64,000 nucleotides of DNA, from assembly GCA_964016885.1 (NCBI GenBank), contig OZ024764.1, forward strand, positions 23,126,001 to 23,190,000. Direction: 5' to 3'. Both the position numbers and the translations under genes were made by a program. Shown one piece after another: positions 44,179-57,321 of this stretch (positions are counted from its first letter, which is position 1; every line of letters starts with the position of its first letter). Source of the stretch: Eledone cirrhosa (Eukaryota). The notes beneath the pieces were generated by a model. The model saw only the letters and a program-made list of their open reading frames with translations, did not search any database and was not told the origin of the DNA.

Positions 44179-44629
44179 CGTATGTGCATATATATGTATC
44201 TGTATATATATATATACGTATGAAGCATATAGACAATATGCCCCCACACCTCCCACTGCAAGGTGGTCGTGGAGGTGCCACGGCAAAAAAGCACCGAGCC
44301 TACACTGTAAAATGGACATGTAGGCGCCACGAAAAAGCAGCCAGCACTCACTGTAAATGAGGTTGGTGTTAGGAAGGGCATCCAGCTGTAGAAATCAAGC
44401 CAAATCAGTTCCTGTATGAGCAAGGCATGGTCAGCCGAGCAGACGCTGCCCACAACAGGACAACTCGTCTAACCCATGCTATCATGGAAGAACGGACGTA
44501 AAACGGTGATGATGATGATGATATATACATATACGTATGTGTATATTTTAACTATTTAAAAATTATTTTAAATGACTTTTAAAAAATAGTGATTAAGGTA
44601 CGTGACCCAACAGGTCCCGGGTGGTCTAG
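43923..44629 (+). mobile_element. Helitron-like element interrupted by an RTE-type 3' fragment
   Basis: A|TC and CTAG|T ends, homologous to 28159-28516. Confidence 0.7.
44223..44521 (+). mobile_element. Short RTE-type 3'-end insertion
   Basis: aggaagggcatccagctgtagaaa motif and (GAT)n tail; atatacgtatg occurs on both sides as a likely TSD. Confidence 0.75.
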
Positions 44630-46021
44630 TTTGTTACTAAATACTAGATATTAGAGGGTCATGTTGTTCTAGATGTGCTGGAAGAGCCATTCCATCTTGT
44701 GAGGCTCACACCAGCAGCTAGCCACCTCAGCACCTATGGTGGTATATTTATTATATTATTTATTCTTTATCATTAACATTAATATAAAAGATAATTATAT
44801 ATTTTTAGAGAAGAACCTCTAATTTCATATAGCTTAGGGCTTCAGTAGGTAAAAGTCTGGCCCTGCTTGTCTTGTATTTTTTGGGGAGAAGTTAGGGAAT
44901 ACTGTTATTGTGTGAAAGTTTTCTAAATCTTCAGCCACTAACATGGAGAAGATATTTCAGTAAGAAGGTTCACATCCTGACATCTATAGCTGTTAACAAT
45001 GAGATTGGAATTCATTATTAAACAAATGTTATATCATCATCACTGTTTTACATCAGTTTTTTCACGCTGGCATGGGTTAGACGAGTTATCCTGTTGTAAG
45101 CATTGCCAGGTCAGGTGATCACGTGTTGCTCCTACAGAACAAATTTTGGATTGGTTTCTACAGCTGGATGCCCTTCCTAGCACCAACCTTATTTACATTG
45201 AGTACTGGGTGCATTTTACCATCTCACCATCACAACCTCTTTACAGTGTGGGCTGGGTGCTTTTTGTTGTGACACCTATATGACCACTTTACAGTGTGCA
45301 TTGGTTACTTTTTGTTGTGACACCAACATGACCAATTTATAGTGTGGACTGGGTACTTTTTGTTGTGACACCAACATGACCATTTTAAAGTTTTGGCTGG
45401 GTACTTTTTGTTGTCACCTGCATGACCGCTTTACAGTGTGGGCTGGTTTCTTTTTGTCATGTCACCTACATGACCAGTTTATAGTATTGGCTGTGTGTTC
45501 TTTACAGTGTGGGCTGGTTTCTTTTTGTTATATCACCTACATGACCACCTTATAGTGTTGGCTGTGTGTTCTTTGCAGTGTGGGCTGGTTTCTTTTTGTC
45601 ATGTCACCTACATGACCACCTTATAGTATTGGCTGTGTGTTCTTTACAGTGTGGGCTGGTTTCTTTTTGTCATGTCACCTACATGACCAGTTTATAGTAT
45701 TGGCTGTGTGTTCTTTACAGTCTGGGCTGGTTTCTTTTTGTTATATCACCTACATGACCACCTTATAGTGTTGGCTGTGTGTTCTTTACAGTGTGGGCTG
45801 GTTTCTTTTTGTTATATCACCTACATGACCACCTTATAATGTTGACTGTGTGTTCTCTACAGTGTGGGTTGGGTGCTTTTTGTCATATCTCCTACCCAAC
45901 CACTTTGCAGTGTGGGCAGTGAAATATCAGTAATGCACCAGCTCCAATATTCAGTAATCAGAAGAAGGGAGGTAGGCATAAAAGCCAAACTTGCTGTCTT
46001 CAATTAGGTTTTTGTGCCAAC

Positions 46022-47910
46022 CCTTTGGATATTTACAAAGGAGTTTTCAAAATATTTTGATATTGACAAAGATCACATTTGGTAAAATTATGAACAATAG
46101 AAATATTTACATCAACATAGGAATATTTTCCAGAAGAGATAGGAAAATCATTATACTACTAATCATCATCATCATCATCATCATCAGGTTTAGCGTCCGT
46201 GTTCCACGCTTGCATGGGCTTGGATGGGGGTTTTCCCACTTGAGGCAAGAGTGGTTGTCTTGCTCGCATAGGACTGTCTGGCGGGTTTTCTACAGTTGGA
46301 TGCCCTTCCTAACACCAACCACATTTACAGTGTGGGGCTGGGAGGTTTTTACCGTGTTGCCTACACGGCCACATTTACAGCGTGGACTGTGTGTTTTTTT
46401 GTCGTGACACCTACACGATCTCATTTGTTTCGGCCTGGATGTTGTGGGACCAACATAACTGTACATTGAAAGGGGCGGTGTGGATGGGGTGGAGGTGGTG
46501 GGACGGGGGGGTGTTTTGATAGCGATGCCTACTGACTGTAGTAGGTTTTTACTTTGTATTTAGGTAAGGCGGGTCTTCTCTATTACTGAGTACCGCCAAA
46601 GGTCTCGGTCCAGTGACATTGTCTTGGAGAGGTGTAAGCGTGTGAGGTCGGAATTTATCAGCTCGTCCCATGTTTTTCTGGGTCTGCCTACTCCGTGGCT
46701 ACCATCTATCTTTATTGCCCTGCACTTTGTTATACAGCTGTCGTCTTTCATGCGCATCACGTGACCGTACCAACGTAGCCTTCTCTCGAGTAAACAACAT
46801 CTGATCCCTCTTATTTCTAATTTTTTCCTTAGTTCGTTTATGCTTTGCCGTTCACGTATATTACTATTGCACATCCAGAGGAGCATGCAAGCTTCGTTCC
46901 TCTCTAGTCTAATATTTGTGGTAAAGTATTCTCTCTTCTTTATATGTAGAATATCTAACTAAACACTTTAACTAACAAACTATTGTGCTATAGAATTGAC
47001 AAACTTGAACAATGTTTAATAAATGTTACAGATTTCTTCAAACTGTCGTTTACTAACTTTAATTTGAAGCTATATTATCTATATACTACTAAAACTCTGT
47101 GATTGTGTCTTGTCTGTAATTTAATACAGCTAAAACATTGCATAATGGGGAAATACTTTGAAAGGAATAAAACAAGATTTGTATAAATTGGAGCACAGGT
47201 TCCCAAGATACGGGGTTTTCTGGGTACCTTCATAAATATAGGGAGAGACAGTGGTGGTGAGAGAGTGGGCGCTGGTGGTGTTGTTTAATAAATTGTGTGT
47301 GTGTGTGTATATATATATATATACGTTTATTGTGTGAAAGTTTTCTAAATCTTCTTCAGCCACTAATATGGAGAAGATATTTCAGTAAGAAGGTTCACAT
47401 CCTGACATCTATAGCTGTTAACAATGAGATTGGAATTCATTATTAAACAAATGTTATATCATCATCACTGTTTTACATCAGTTTTTCCACGCTGGCATGG
47501 GTTAGACGAGTTATCCTGTTGTAAGCAATGCCAGGTCAGGTGACCACGTCTGGCTCCTACAGAACCAATTTTGATTTGGTTTCTACAGCTGGATGCCCTT
47601 CCTAGCACCAACCTTATTTACATTGAGTACTGGGTGATTTTTACTATCTCACCAACTCGACCACAGTGTGGGCTGGGTACTTTTTTACTTTTTGTCATGG
47701 CACCTACATGACCACTTTACAGTGAGTACTGGGTACTTTTTACCGTGACACCTACAGTACCACTTTACAGGGTGGACTGGGTACTTTTTGTTGTGACACC
47801 TACATGACCACTTTACAGTGTGGCCTGGGTACTTTTTGTCATGACACCTACACAACCTCTTTACAGTGTTGGCAGTGAAATCTAATGCACCAGCTTCAGT
47901 AATCAGAACA
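46022..47910 (+). repeat. Second partial copy of the post-gene block (relic finger, Helitron start, RTE tail, minisatellite)
   Basis: Junction gccaacc-ctt-tggatattt joins the LINE fragment back to the relic exon through CTT microhomology. Confidence 0.85.
46162..46910 (-). mobile_element. 3' fragment of the same RTE family as 41699-43878, inverted
   Basis: ORF 46560-46886 nearly identical to the C-terminus of 42655-43377; (CAT)n tail; ctaat at both ends. Confidence 0.92.
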
Positions 47911-47952
47911 TACATATACACACACACAAACAGAAATATATATATATATATT

Positions 47953-50019
47953 CAGTGGTACCTTGACTTACAAGTGTCCCAACTAATAAGTTTTTCGAGA
48001 TATGAGCCCTCTTTCGGCTGATTTTTTGCGTTGAGTTCCAGAGTAAAATTCGGGTTACGAGTCAGCTTCAGATGCCCCGCCACTAGTTGGCATAGTGACC
48101 GCCACAGGCAATACCGTAACACCCGCCCGGCATCCCATGGCTTCGAAGAAAGTGAGGGTGAAGGACAGTTCTGAGAAGAAGAAGCAGATGATGTGTATTG
48201 AATTAAAGAAAGAAATTATAGAAAAACATGACCAAGGTGTGTGTAGTGGACTTGGTGAAGTAGTACGAGCATAGCACTTCTATGATATGTACCATACTGA
48301 AGTAGAAGGACTTGATAATGGCTATAACCCCAGCTAAGGGTGATAAAATAATTTCTAAACAGCGGACATCTATCCATGAAAATATGGAAAAGCTGCTGAT
48401 GGTGTGGTTGACGGAGAAGCAGCTCGCAAGAGATACTGTGATGAAGATTATAATATGTGAGAAGGCACGAGCTATTTATGCTGATTTGCTGCAGCAGACC
48501 CCAGGTACTTCTACGGACGAGCCATCGGCAAGCCCTTTAATGCCAGTCGGGGTTGGTTTTAGAATTTTAAAAAGAGGACCGGCATTCACTCCGTTGTCAG
48601 GCATGGTGTGGCAGCGAGCGCGGATATGAAGGCAGCTGAGGATTACCTCAAAACCTTTGTCAGAATTATAGCAGCCAAAGGATACATCCCTCAGCAAGTC
48701 TTTAACTGTGATGAAACAGGACTTTTTGGAAAGAAGATGCCAAGGAGGACTTATATAACGGCAGAGGAGAAGAGGATGCCTGGCCACAAACCCATGAAGG
48801 ATAGGCTAACCCTCGCACTGTGTGCCACTGAGCGGTGACTGTAAGATTAAGTTGCCGCTCGTTTATCATTCAGAAAACTCCAGAACCTTTAAGTCACATA
48901 AGATTCTGAAAGAAAAACTGCAGGTTTTGTGGAGGGCAAACCCGAGGTCATGGGTCACCAGGTAGTTCTTTGTGGAGTGGGTGAATTTGGTCTTTGGTCC
49001 TGACGTTAAAAAATATCTCCAGGAAAATAACCTACCCCTGCAAACCTTCTTGTTTTGGACAATACCCATCTAACAATCACCCACCTAACCTTGAAGAGTT
49101 CAAGTTTATAAAGGTCCTCTACCTTCCACCAAACACCACCCTAACCTACAGACCAAGGACCAGCAGGTACTTTCTAATTTCAAGAAGCTCTTCACCAAGC
49201 ACCTGTTCAGTCGCTGCTTTGAAGTGACGGAGAGCACAAACTTCACCCTTGAGAGGTCTGGAAGGACCATTATAACATCGTGATATGCCTCAGAATTATC
49301 GATATGACCTGGCAGGGTCTTACAAAGAGGACCTTGACCTCTACATGGAAGAAGCTGTGGCCTGAGGTTGTGCCTGAAACAGACTTTGAAAGACTCGTAC
49401 TCGAAGCGGCAGTGGTGGAGGAGATTGTACCCCTCGGTAAGTCCATGGGCCTAGACATGGATGAAGGTGACATCAACGAGCTCATCGAGGAGCACTCCGA
49501 GGAACTGACAACGAAGGAATTAAAGGAGCTACAGACACAGCAACACACGGAGTTTTTGCAGGAAATAGGTGACACAGGAGGTTATCTCAACAAGTGAGAT
49601 GAAACAAACCTCATTAGACAGGTTTTTATCGAAAATCCCTGCAGATAAAAGTGAGGAAAGCGTGGCGAAAAGAGCAAACATCAGCGAATAAGATTCAGTT
49701 ATTCAGTTCATCCTTTCTCCTCCGTCAACATCCTCAAGTCGTCTGATCTCCAAGATAGATGCTGTACATTATACTTAATAAAACCAGTTTATTGTAGTAC
49801 ATTCTATTGTATTGTTTTTTATATACAATATTTGTTATTTATAAGTACATTTTTCTTATTTAAAAACACGTAACAAAACAAACTGTGGTTTTGGGGGGTC
49901 TGGAACGGATTAACGGCATTTTAATTTATTTCAGTGGGGAAAATTGATTTGAAATACGAGTAATTTAAGTTACGAGGTCCTCCACGGAACAAATTAAACT
50001 GTAAGTCAAGGTACAACAG
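47953..50019 (+). mobile_element. Decayed Tigger/pogo (TIGD1-like) DNA transposon
   Basis: TIRs cagtggtaccttgacttac ... gtaagtcaaggtacaacag; ATG 48137 with HTH (IELKKEIIEKH), MEKLLMVW, QVFNCDETGLF, KDRLTL, LPPNTT; frameshifts and stops. Confidence 0.92.
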
Positions 50020-50047
50020 TGTGTGTATATATATATATATATATATG

Positions 50048-50220
50048 AAGGAACGATCGACTTTCGTCAAATCGGACCGAGGAAGCAATGTTTCCATTGG
50101 TCTTTCCAATTGCTAGTACTATCGGTCGCAACTCCAGGTAGAAGGAACAACGTGAAATAAAGTGTCTTGCTCAAGGTCATAACGCATCGCCTGGTCCAGG
50201 AATCGAACTCACAACCTCAA
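50048..50220 (-). mobile_element. tRNA-derived SINE of the same family as 5751-5963, opposite strand, A box missing
   Basis: Reverse complement of 5790-5962; flanked by (TA)n. Confidence 0.8.
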
Positions 50221-51849
50221 GATATATATATATATATATAAATGAAGAATATAGAAATTATTGTAGCAAAAAGCCAACAGTATTCCATTTCATTTCATTT
50301 CATTTGAGTTTGAGTCCATGCTCAGGCCAAGTCGAAGACTCCACCCTCAATCGAAGACTCCACCCATTATATATATATATATAGTATAAAAGAGAAAACA
50401 CAGGTAAGCATTAAGAGAAGGATTTTATCCAGGTATTTACGACCGTTTCATTGGTAAGTGCAACCTTATATTTCTATCCTGCAAATAACAGCCACTCAAT
50501 TATAATTGTTGTTCACAGTCCAAATTTTCAAAATAGTAAGTTACTCTTGAAATAATTCTTAATATATAGAGAAAAACATTTATTTGGAATTGTATTTACT
50601 AGTATAGAGAGAGAGGAATCAGAAGGTGAGGGGACAGACGGAATAGTATAGAGAGAGAGGAAGGGGGAAGAGGTAGGAAGTAGAGTGACAAACTGAGATG
50701 GAGGGAGGGGTAGAGGTGGAAGGATTCTTTGGTCAGTTTTGACAGCAGACTTCATGTCGTGGAATGTAGTGAGTTAAAGAGAATTAAATTGATCATTTTT
50801 GGAGGGATGGATATATATATATATAGTTAAATATTAGACAGGAACAAAAAACAGGCAGTGCAAATGGTAGTTTATACCGAGAGACAGACAAACACATCTA
50901 TACCCCTACTACAGTAAAACATAAAACATATGTAAGGGGAGACAACTCTCGTTACATCCCCCCTTCTTTTTGATATACGTCCTTTAGATACTTTGTACAA
51001 TGGAATCTGCTTTATTTTGTGTCCTAAGTAGATTTCTGTTTAAGTATTTACGAGATTCACAATGATTCACGTAACCAAGTTACTTACATAGAGACGTATT
51101 TCACATAGAATCACAACAAATGAAAATATTAAGTCAACACTCTGTCAATCAGTCTCACATCACATGGGGTGCCGGAGTCTCCTTCTAATACTTTCTGAGA
51201 CAGTCTTACCTCGAGTGATAGCAAGGCTAAGATGTTGGAACTACCAAACACCCTCATATGTATCACCTGACACCTCGGTAAGGAGAGCTGCCAAAGATAA
51301 CAAGAACCTCGTTGTCAGGGACCTATCTCCTCCAAACTTCTCCAACACCACAGACTAGAATATTCTACTCTTTATTCCCTATCAAATATATTTCAGTCTA
51401 GTCATTTATCTTGTATGTTGTATATATATTTTCAAAACTAACTGTCACATTTGTGAGACCCCAGTTAGTGAAGTTTTCGTCTCCCTCCCACATCCTACAT
51501 GCTGTAGTAAAAGTGAGGGTCACTGCTTCTGTAGACGAACGAAATAAAAGTTAAACTACCAGTAATTATCGGCAAAGTATTTATTCCAGTCTGTGATGTT
51601 TGAGAAGCTGGGCTGCTGACAACGAAGTTGTGGTCACTGTTGGCGGCTGGCTTTACCGAAGTACCCGATGACTCTTGTGAGGGTACTTAGCTGTTCTGGC
51701 AACTTAGCCCCCATATGACCCGATCTTACCGAAGTACCCGGTGATCTCTGTAAGAGTACTTAGCTGTTCTATTTTAATTACATTTACTGTTTTCAACGTT
51801 ATTTTTTTTTATTACAAACTTTACATAATTTAATTCGGTAAAAATATTT

Positions 51850-51991
51850 TTACGTCACAAAAAAACTTGACCTTTGACATTGAAGCATGCGCAGTGGTGC
51901 AGTTGTCGACTTCCTGTCCACGTGTTAGTCTTCCTACAACATCATTTAGACATTTCTGTAAATACTAAACACCTGAGACTATAATGTAAGT
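51850..51991 (+). promoter_or_regulatory. Candidate promoter, exon 1 and donor of ZNF-4
   Basis: Same motif block at 51885-51924; GTAAGT at 51986. Confidence 0.6.
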
Positions 51992-52007
51992 ATTATGTCT
52001 ATTAATA

Positions 52008-52196
52008 AAAGGCAGTGGATTGGCAGTATCGGTAGAGGGTCGGACGCCATGCTTTGACGCATAGAGTTACGGCCCTTGCCATTCTGAGTTCAAATCCCGC
52101 CGAGGTTAACTTTGCCTTTCATCCTTACGGGGTCGATAAAATGAAGTACCAGTAATACACTGGGTAATTGCTGGCCTTGTGCCTAACGTAGAAACA
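52008..52196 (+). mobile_element. tRNA-derived SINE with perfect 16-bp TSD
   Basis: TSD attatgtctattaata at 51992-52007 and 52197-52212; A-box-like tggcagtatcgg, B box gagttcaaatccc; absent from units 2 and 3. Confidence 0.9.
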
Positions 52197-53329
52197 ATTA
52201 TGTCTATTAATATTGTAGATTTAAGCTCACTTTTCACATCACAAATATATATTTTCTTGTTTGTTTCATTACTGGAAATATAAAATGTTATCGTAATTAT
52301 CTATATTTTACCTACCTCTAATTAATTAAAGTGAAAACTTTTGTTGTTGCTGAAAAATAAATTAAGAAATCTAATTATTTAAATATTCTAAAGGTCGTTT
52401 TTATATTATGTGATGATATAATTAATATATTTTATTACAATTGTATAAATTTACAGTAGAATAACGTTGTAAATATGTTTTAAATATATACATAAATAAC
52501 ATAAGTGTGTAAATAACATTATAAATTGCTGGCAATTCCTTGAGAAAGACATTACAAATATATTGTCTAAACTGTGTTTAATAATATAATTTATTGAGCA
52601 ATAATGATAAAGGAAAGAAAAACACAGTGGGAGATGGCAATTGACCACCAAACGAGGTAAACATTTTCAACTTTCCCCTTTTTTTTCTTTGTCTGAGACA
52701 ACTCAAAATATTCTTCAAGGAACTGGATTTTCCATTCGGTTGGATCGAACGGATTTTACCATTTATAATCTACGGAGAGGAATAACAGATGTTCGGAGGA
52801 AAAAAGAATTATTTGTGGCAACAACGTAGGGAACCAACCTGGAGCAATTGTATCACACAATTATACTTTCCTCCTTAACATACACTTACAATTTTTCAAA
52901 ATCAAACCCCCCAAATATAAAATATAAATAATTATAAATGGCGAGGAACCATCCCATCTCCCTCTTGAAATAACCTGAATCTATTTATAGTCAGGTGTGA
53001 CTGAAAGGTCAATCCATACTTCCATTCTATTTCACAGAATTAGAAGCTTTGACCACTTGATAGAATTCAGGTCCAGTAATGTAATCACTCCGTAATTGTA
53101 AACATCTTGTATCACTATCATTCAGGTTTTGATTTTACTTAAGTCTTGCCCATGTTTTTTTTTTTTTTTCTTTTTTACACAAACTCACAATTTCGGTTTT
53201 TACTGCGGATTTCCCCATGCGAACTATTACACAAACTCACAGCCTTAGATTTTGTATTTCTAGCGTTTTTATTTTCCTTCTCTTTGCATGTTCAGTGCTC
53301 TTTCTCTCCCACTGTATTTATCTGCCTCT

Positions 53330-55146
53330 CACATGACCACACTCCTCTCTACGTACTCATCATCTTCTCACTCCTTCTACACCTTCCAACGCTGGCCCTC
53401 TACTGCCGGCTGTTGCCAGCCCGCCACCTGATTGCGCCCTCTGTGCCCGCACTAACCAGTACTTAAAGACAATTAAATGTCACCTATGCCACGCAAGCCA
53501 AAGCTCAAGCCGAAAGGCTTCAACACTGGACCTGTCATCGGTGCCACTCCAGCTCTGACTATTCCGTGGGGATGACCAACACTCTACCGACGACTTTGCC
53601 ACAGCCCCCCGGGGCTTCTCCAAATCAAAGCTCCTTAGGAGCCCCGATCACAGATCTGGCCTTCGAGTCAACCATCCAATTGAAGATGGTAGGCCTTGAG
53701 CAGCTGCTGAGGAATATTGAAGATATCGAACCCCATCAAGGTTTCTTCTTACTCAGGAACTACCTGTCTATTCCTAAGCTTCTGTATCTGCTCAGGGTCA
53801 GCCCCTCTCACAGATTTCCATCCTGCCTCCAACGCTTCGACGACCTAATCTTCGAGAGACTCGAGTGTCTGGTCAATGTTAGTAAATGTTCGTCCCTCTC
53901 TCTCCCCTGCTTCCTTTCCTCCACCCAAGCTTGCAGCATCCTCTCCTCTCCAATATGGACTAGTTCCAACAGGGAGTTGTGTGAAGCTCTCCAGCAATGG
54001 AGTGAGTTGGGCTTGTCTCTTCCTGAGAAGGTGGAGGACAGTCGAAGTCAGAGAACTTGGGACAGGATACGTTGGAATGCCACCTTCGACTCCCTCTTTG
54101 TCCTCTCAGATCAGTCTGCAAGGTGCCGCTTACCATCTGCCAGCGCCAAATACTCCGGTGACTGGGTCGATGCCTTACCCGTGGCCAACGTTGGAGGCCT
54201 ACTCAGCCTGGATGAACTTCGTGTCTCCATCACCCTCAGAGTGGGAGCTGACGTCTGCATGGGTTTGAGATGTGGCTAACTCCTCGACTCCACAGGCCCC
54301 CACGGTCTTTCTTGCCGCCTGAATGTCGGCCACTTCGCCCGTCACACGGAGCTAAACTTTATTCTGAAGAGAGCTTTGGCCCGGGCAAACATCCCCTCAG
54401 TCTTGGAACCATCTGGGTTGTCCAGAAGTGACGCAAAAGACCTGACGGCCTTACCCTGTGCCCCTGGTCGAGAGGCAGGTGCTTAATCTGGGACGTCACT
54501 GTTAGTGACTCCTTTGCTCTTTCCCACATCCTTGATGCTGCGGTAAGGACGAGAGCCACAGCTTCGGCAGCCGAGCGGAGTAAGACCCTCAAATACTCTG
54601 ATCTGTCGGCCAGCTACATTTTTCAGCCTGTGGCTTTCGAGACGTTTGGGGGAGTCGGGCCGCTGACTGCGAGGTTCCTTTCCTCACTGACGGCTCGCCT
54701 TATAGAGGTAACTGGCGAAATCGCGAGGGCGCTTGGCTGTTCCAGCACCTCAGCCTCGCCATCACCCGATGTAACACTGCCAGTGTGCTGGCTTGCCTCA
54801 AAACTCATTAGAGAGGTTTCCCAGTACCCCTCGTTGCTGTCTTTTGCTCTGGTGTTGGCTCCGTTGTCCACCCCTTCCTTTACATTTTCTTTAATATTGC
54901 AACATTGAAGGAATTTATCTTTCATTGTATCATCCTTTATAGTGTTACCGAGGCATTTGTAATGTTATTTATATATTTAAAACATATTTGTTAGGTTATT
55001 CTACTGTAAATTTATTTATATGCTCTGTTTATGTTTTCATTCTGAAGGAACATATCCACTTGTGTTGATATAAGTGATGCTATGACTTTCCTCTAAGCAT
55101 TGTGTCATTATATATGTTATTATAAACGTGAATAAATTGAATTTAT
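53330..55146 (+). mobile_element. Internally deleted CRE-like (restriction-like endonuclease) non-LTR retrotransposon
   Basis: PKLLYLLR, SGDWVDALP, LRVG, HGLSC...RH, KRPDGLTLCPW...WDVT, ETFG; no RT core visible. Confidence 0.75.
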
Positions 55147-56608
55147 AGTGTGATAATAGGCCACACCTCACACCCTAGGGGTTAACTACACACTTTGAGG
55201 CAAGCCAACACACTGGCAGCATTACAACGTGTGATGGTGAGGCTAAGGTGCTGAAATAACCAGGTACCCTCACGGGTATCACCTTACGCCTCTGTAAGGT
55301 GAGGCTAAGGTGCTGAGATAACCAGGTACTCTTACGGATATCACCTGACACCTCAGTATGGTGAGGCTACGGTGCTGAAATAACCAGGTACCCTCACGGA
55401 AACGACTAGATTTGTAGAAAAAGTAGGGTGAAAGTATACAAAGAGATGTAGTTTCACAGATCTACTCACACCTCACGTTGGGTGGGAATAATTATTTTTC
55501 TTAGAATTCTTGCTATACCCCTTTTCCAGTATTTTTTCTCTGGACCCCTTAGATACTTGCGATAGACGTTTTATTTCCCAGTATTAGGGTTAGGGTTTCC
55601 GTTTTCAGGAAGAAAAGTCGATTGCAAACATCTAAGAGGTCGAGCAATGAAATTAAGGAAAGATAATTATTTCCCAGCCAACTGGAGAAGTGTGTAGCTC
55701 TTCTAAACTCCGATAATCCTGTCTCCCACTTCTTTATCTACAAATCTAGTCGTTTCCTGCTACTTTGTTCCCTGGGGTATGCCTTAGTATTTGACACCAT
55801 CTATCTGTCTTACTCCCTAACTAGAAAGAAGTCAATCTGTCTCATGTGCTCACCTGATTGGTAGGTTATTAGGTGGTTGGAGGTTTCTTGAAGTGTTGCA
55901 AATGGTTAGTTCACTTGCATCACAAAATACAAGAAGCCTCACTCCTTCTTCATTTCTTGAGCCATAACCATGACCACCATGTACCCCAGTGTATCCATCC
56001 TGGAGCTGTCCAACATGACCATTGAAGTCCCCTGCTATTATAACTAGGTCTCTGTCATTGTGGTTATCTCTACTTATTCCTTTTCTACATATGGAGCAGG
56101 GCCACTTTCCTGAAGGTGTCAGGGTCTTCTCTCCTATCCATTACCACTTTAGTTTTGGCTAAGTATATTCTCAGAACCTACCATTTCAAATTCTATATCT
56201 ATAGTTGGTCATCTACATAGAGAAGTTTCCATAGACAGCCAGTCTTAAACCTCTCTGTTATGGTTTGGAGAACTATGATGAACAACAGTGGGCTAAGAAC
56301 TAAACCATGATGAACTCCTACCTGTACCTTCAATTCTTCACTAGACACACTTTACTGACAGCTTCTCACAAGCCATTCTTCTACACCTAATTTCCTTAAC
56401 CCTTTAGTATATAAACTGGCCATATCTGGCCAGAATTCTCCCACATCTTTCTGTTCAAACTGGCCGTAACTGGTCACTTATACTTATGTTAAGGTATTGT
56501 TCTCAAAATAAGTAACATCAAAATCTCATAGATTTGATATTATGTGAGATAAAGCATTTACTGTGAAAATATAATAGTAAATATATAGTAATGTGAATAC
56601 TAAAGGGT

Positions 56609-57179
56609 TAATCTAATGACACTAATAACTACTTTTATCTGTCAGTTTAATCTAATCTCACTAATAACTACTTTTATCAGTCAGTTTAATCTAATGTCAC
56701 TAATAACTACTTTTATCAGTCAGTTTAATCTAATGTCACTAATAACTACTTTTATCAGTCAGTATAATCTAATGTCACTAATAACTACTTTTATCTGTCA
56801 GTTTAATCTAATGTCACTAATAACTACTTTTATCAGTCAGTTTAATCTAATGTCACTAATAACTACTTTTATCTGTCAGTATAATCTAATGTCACTACTA
56901 ACTACTTTTATCAGTCAGTATAATCTAATGTCACTAATAACTACTTTTATCAGTCAGTTTAATCTAATGTCACTAATAACTACTTTTATCAGTCAGTATA
57001 ATCTAATGTCACTAATAACTACTTTTATCAGTCAGTATAATCTAATGTCACTAATAACTACTTTTATCAGTCAGTATAATCTAATGTCACTAATAACTAC
57101 TTTTATCAGTCAGTATAATCTAATCTCACTAATAACTACTTTTATCAGTCAGTTTAATCTACTGCCACTAATAACTAAC
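56609..57179. repeat. 39-bp minisatellite, 14 full copies
   Basis: 13-codon period of ORF 56616-57188. Confidence 0.95.
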
Positions 57180-57321
57180 CTATGTTAGTCAGCACATTCT
57201 TCACCAAGGAAGGCCTTAGTATTTATTACAGTCCATTTATCAATATAGAAATATTATATGAAATTTGTACTGATGTATTACAAGTTTCTGAGTATCTTAT
57301 AATGTTCTTTTATTATTTCAG

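Noticed and set aside
50395-50815. Penelope-like terminal repeat or hammerhead ribozyme (gaccgtttc motif)
   Set aside because: No matching CTGANGA core or ORF found; cannot support
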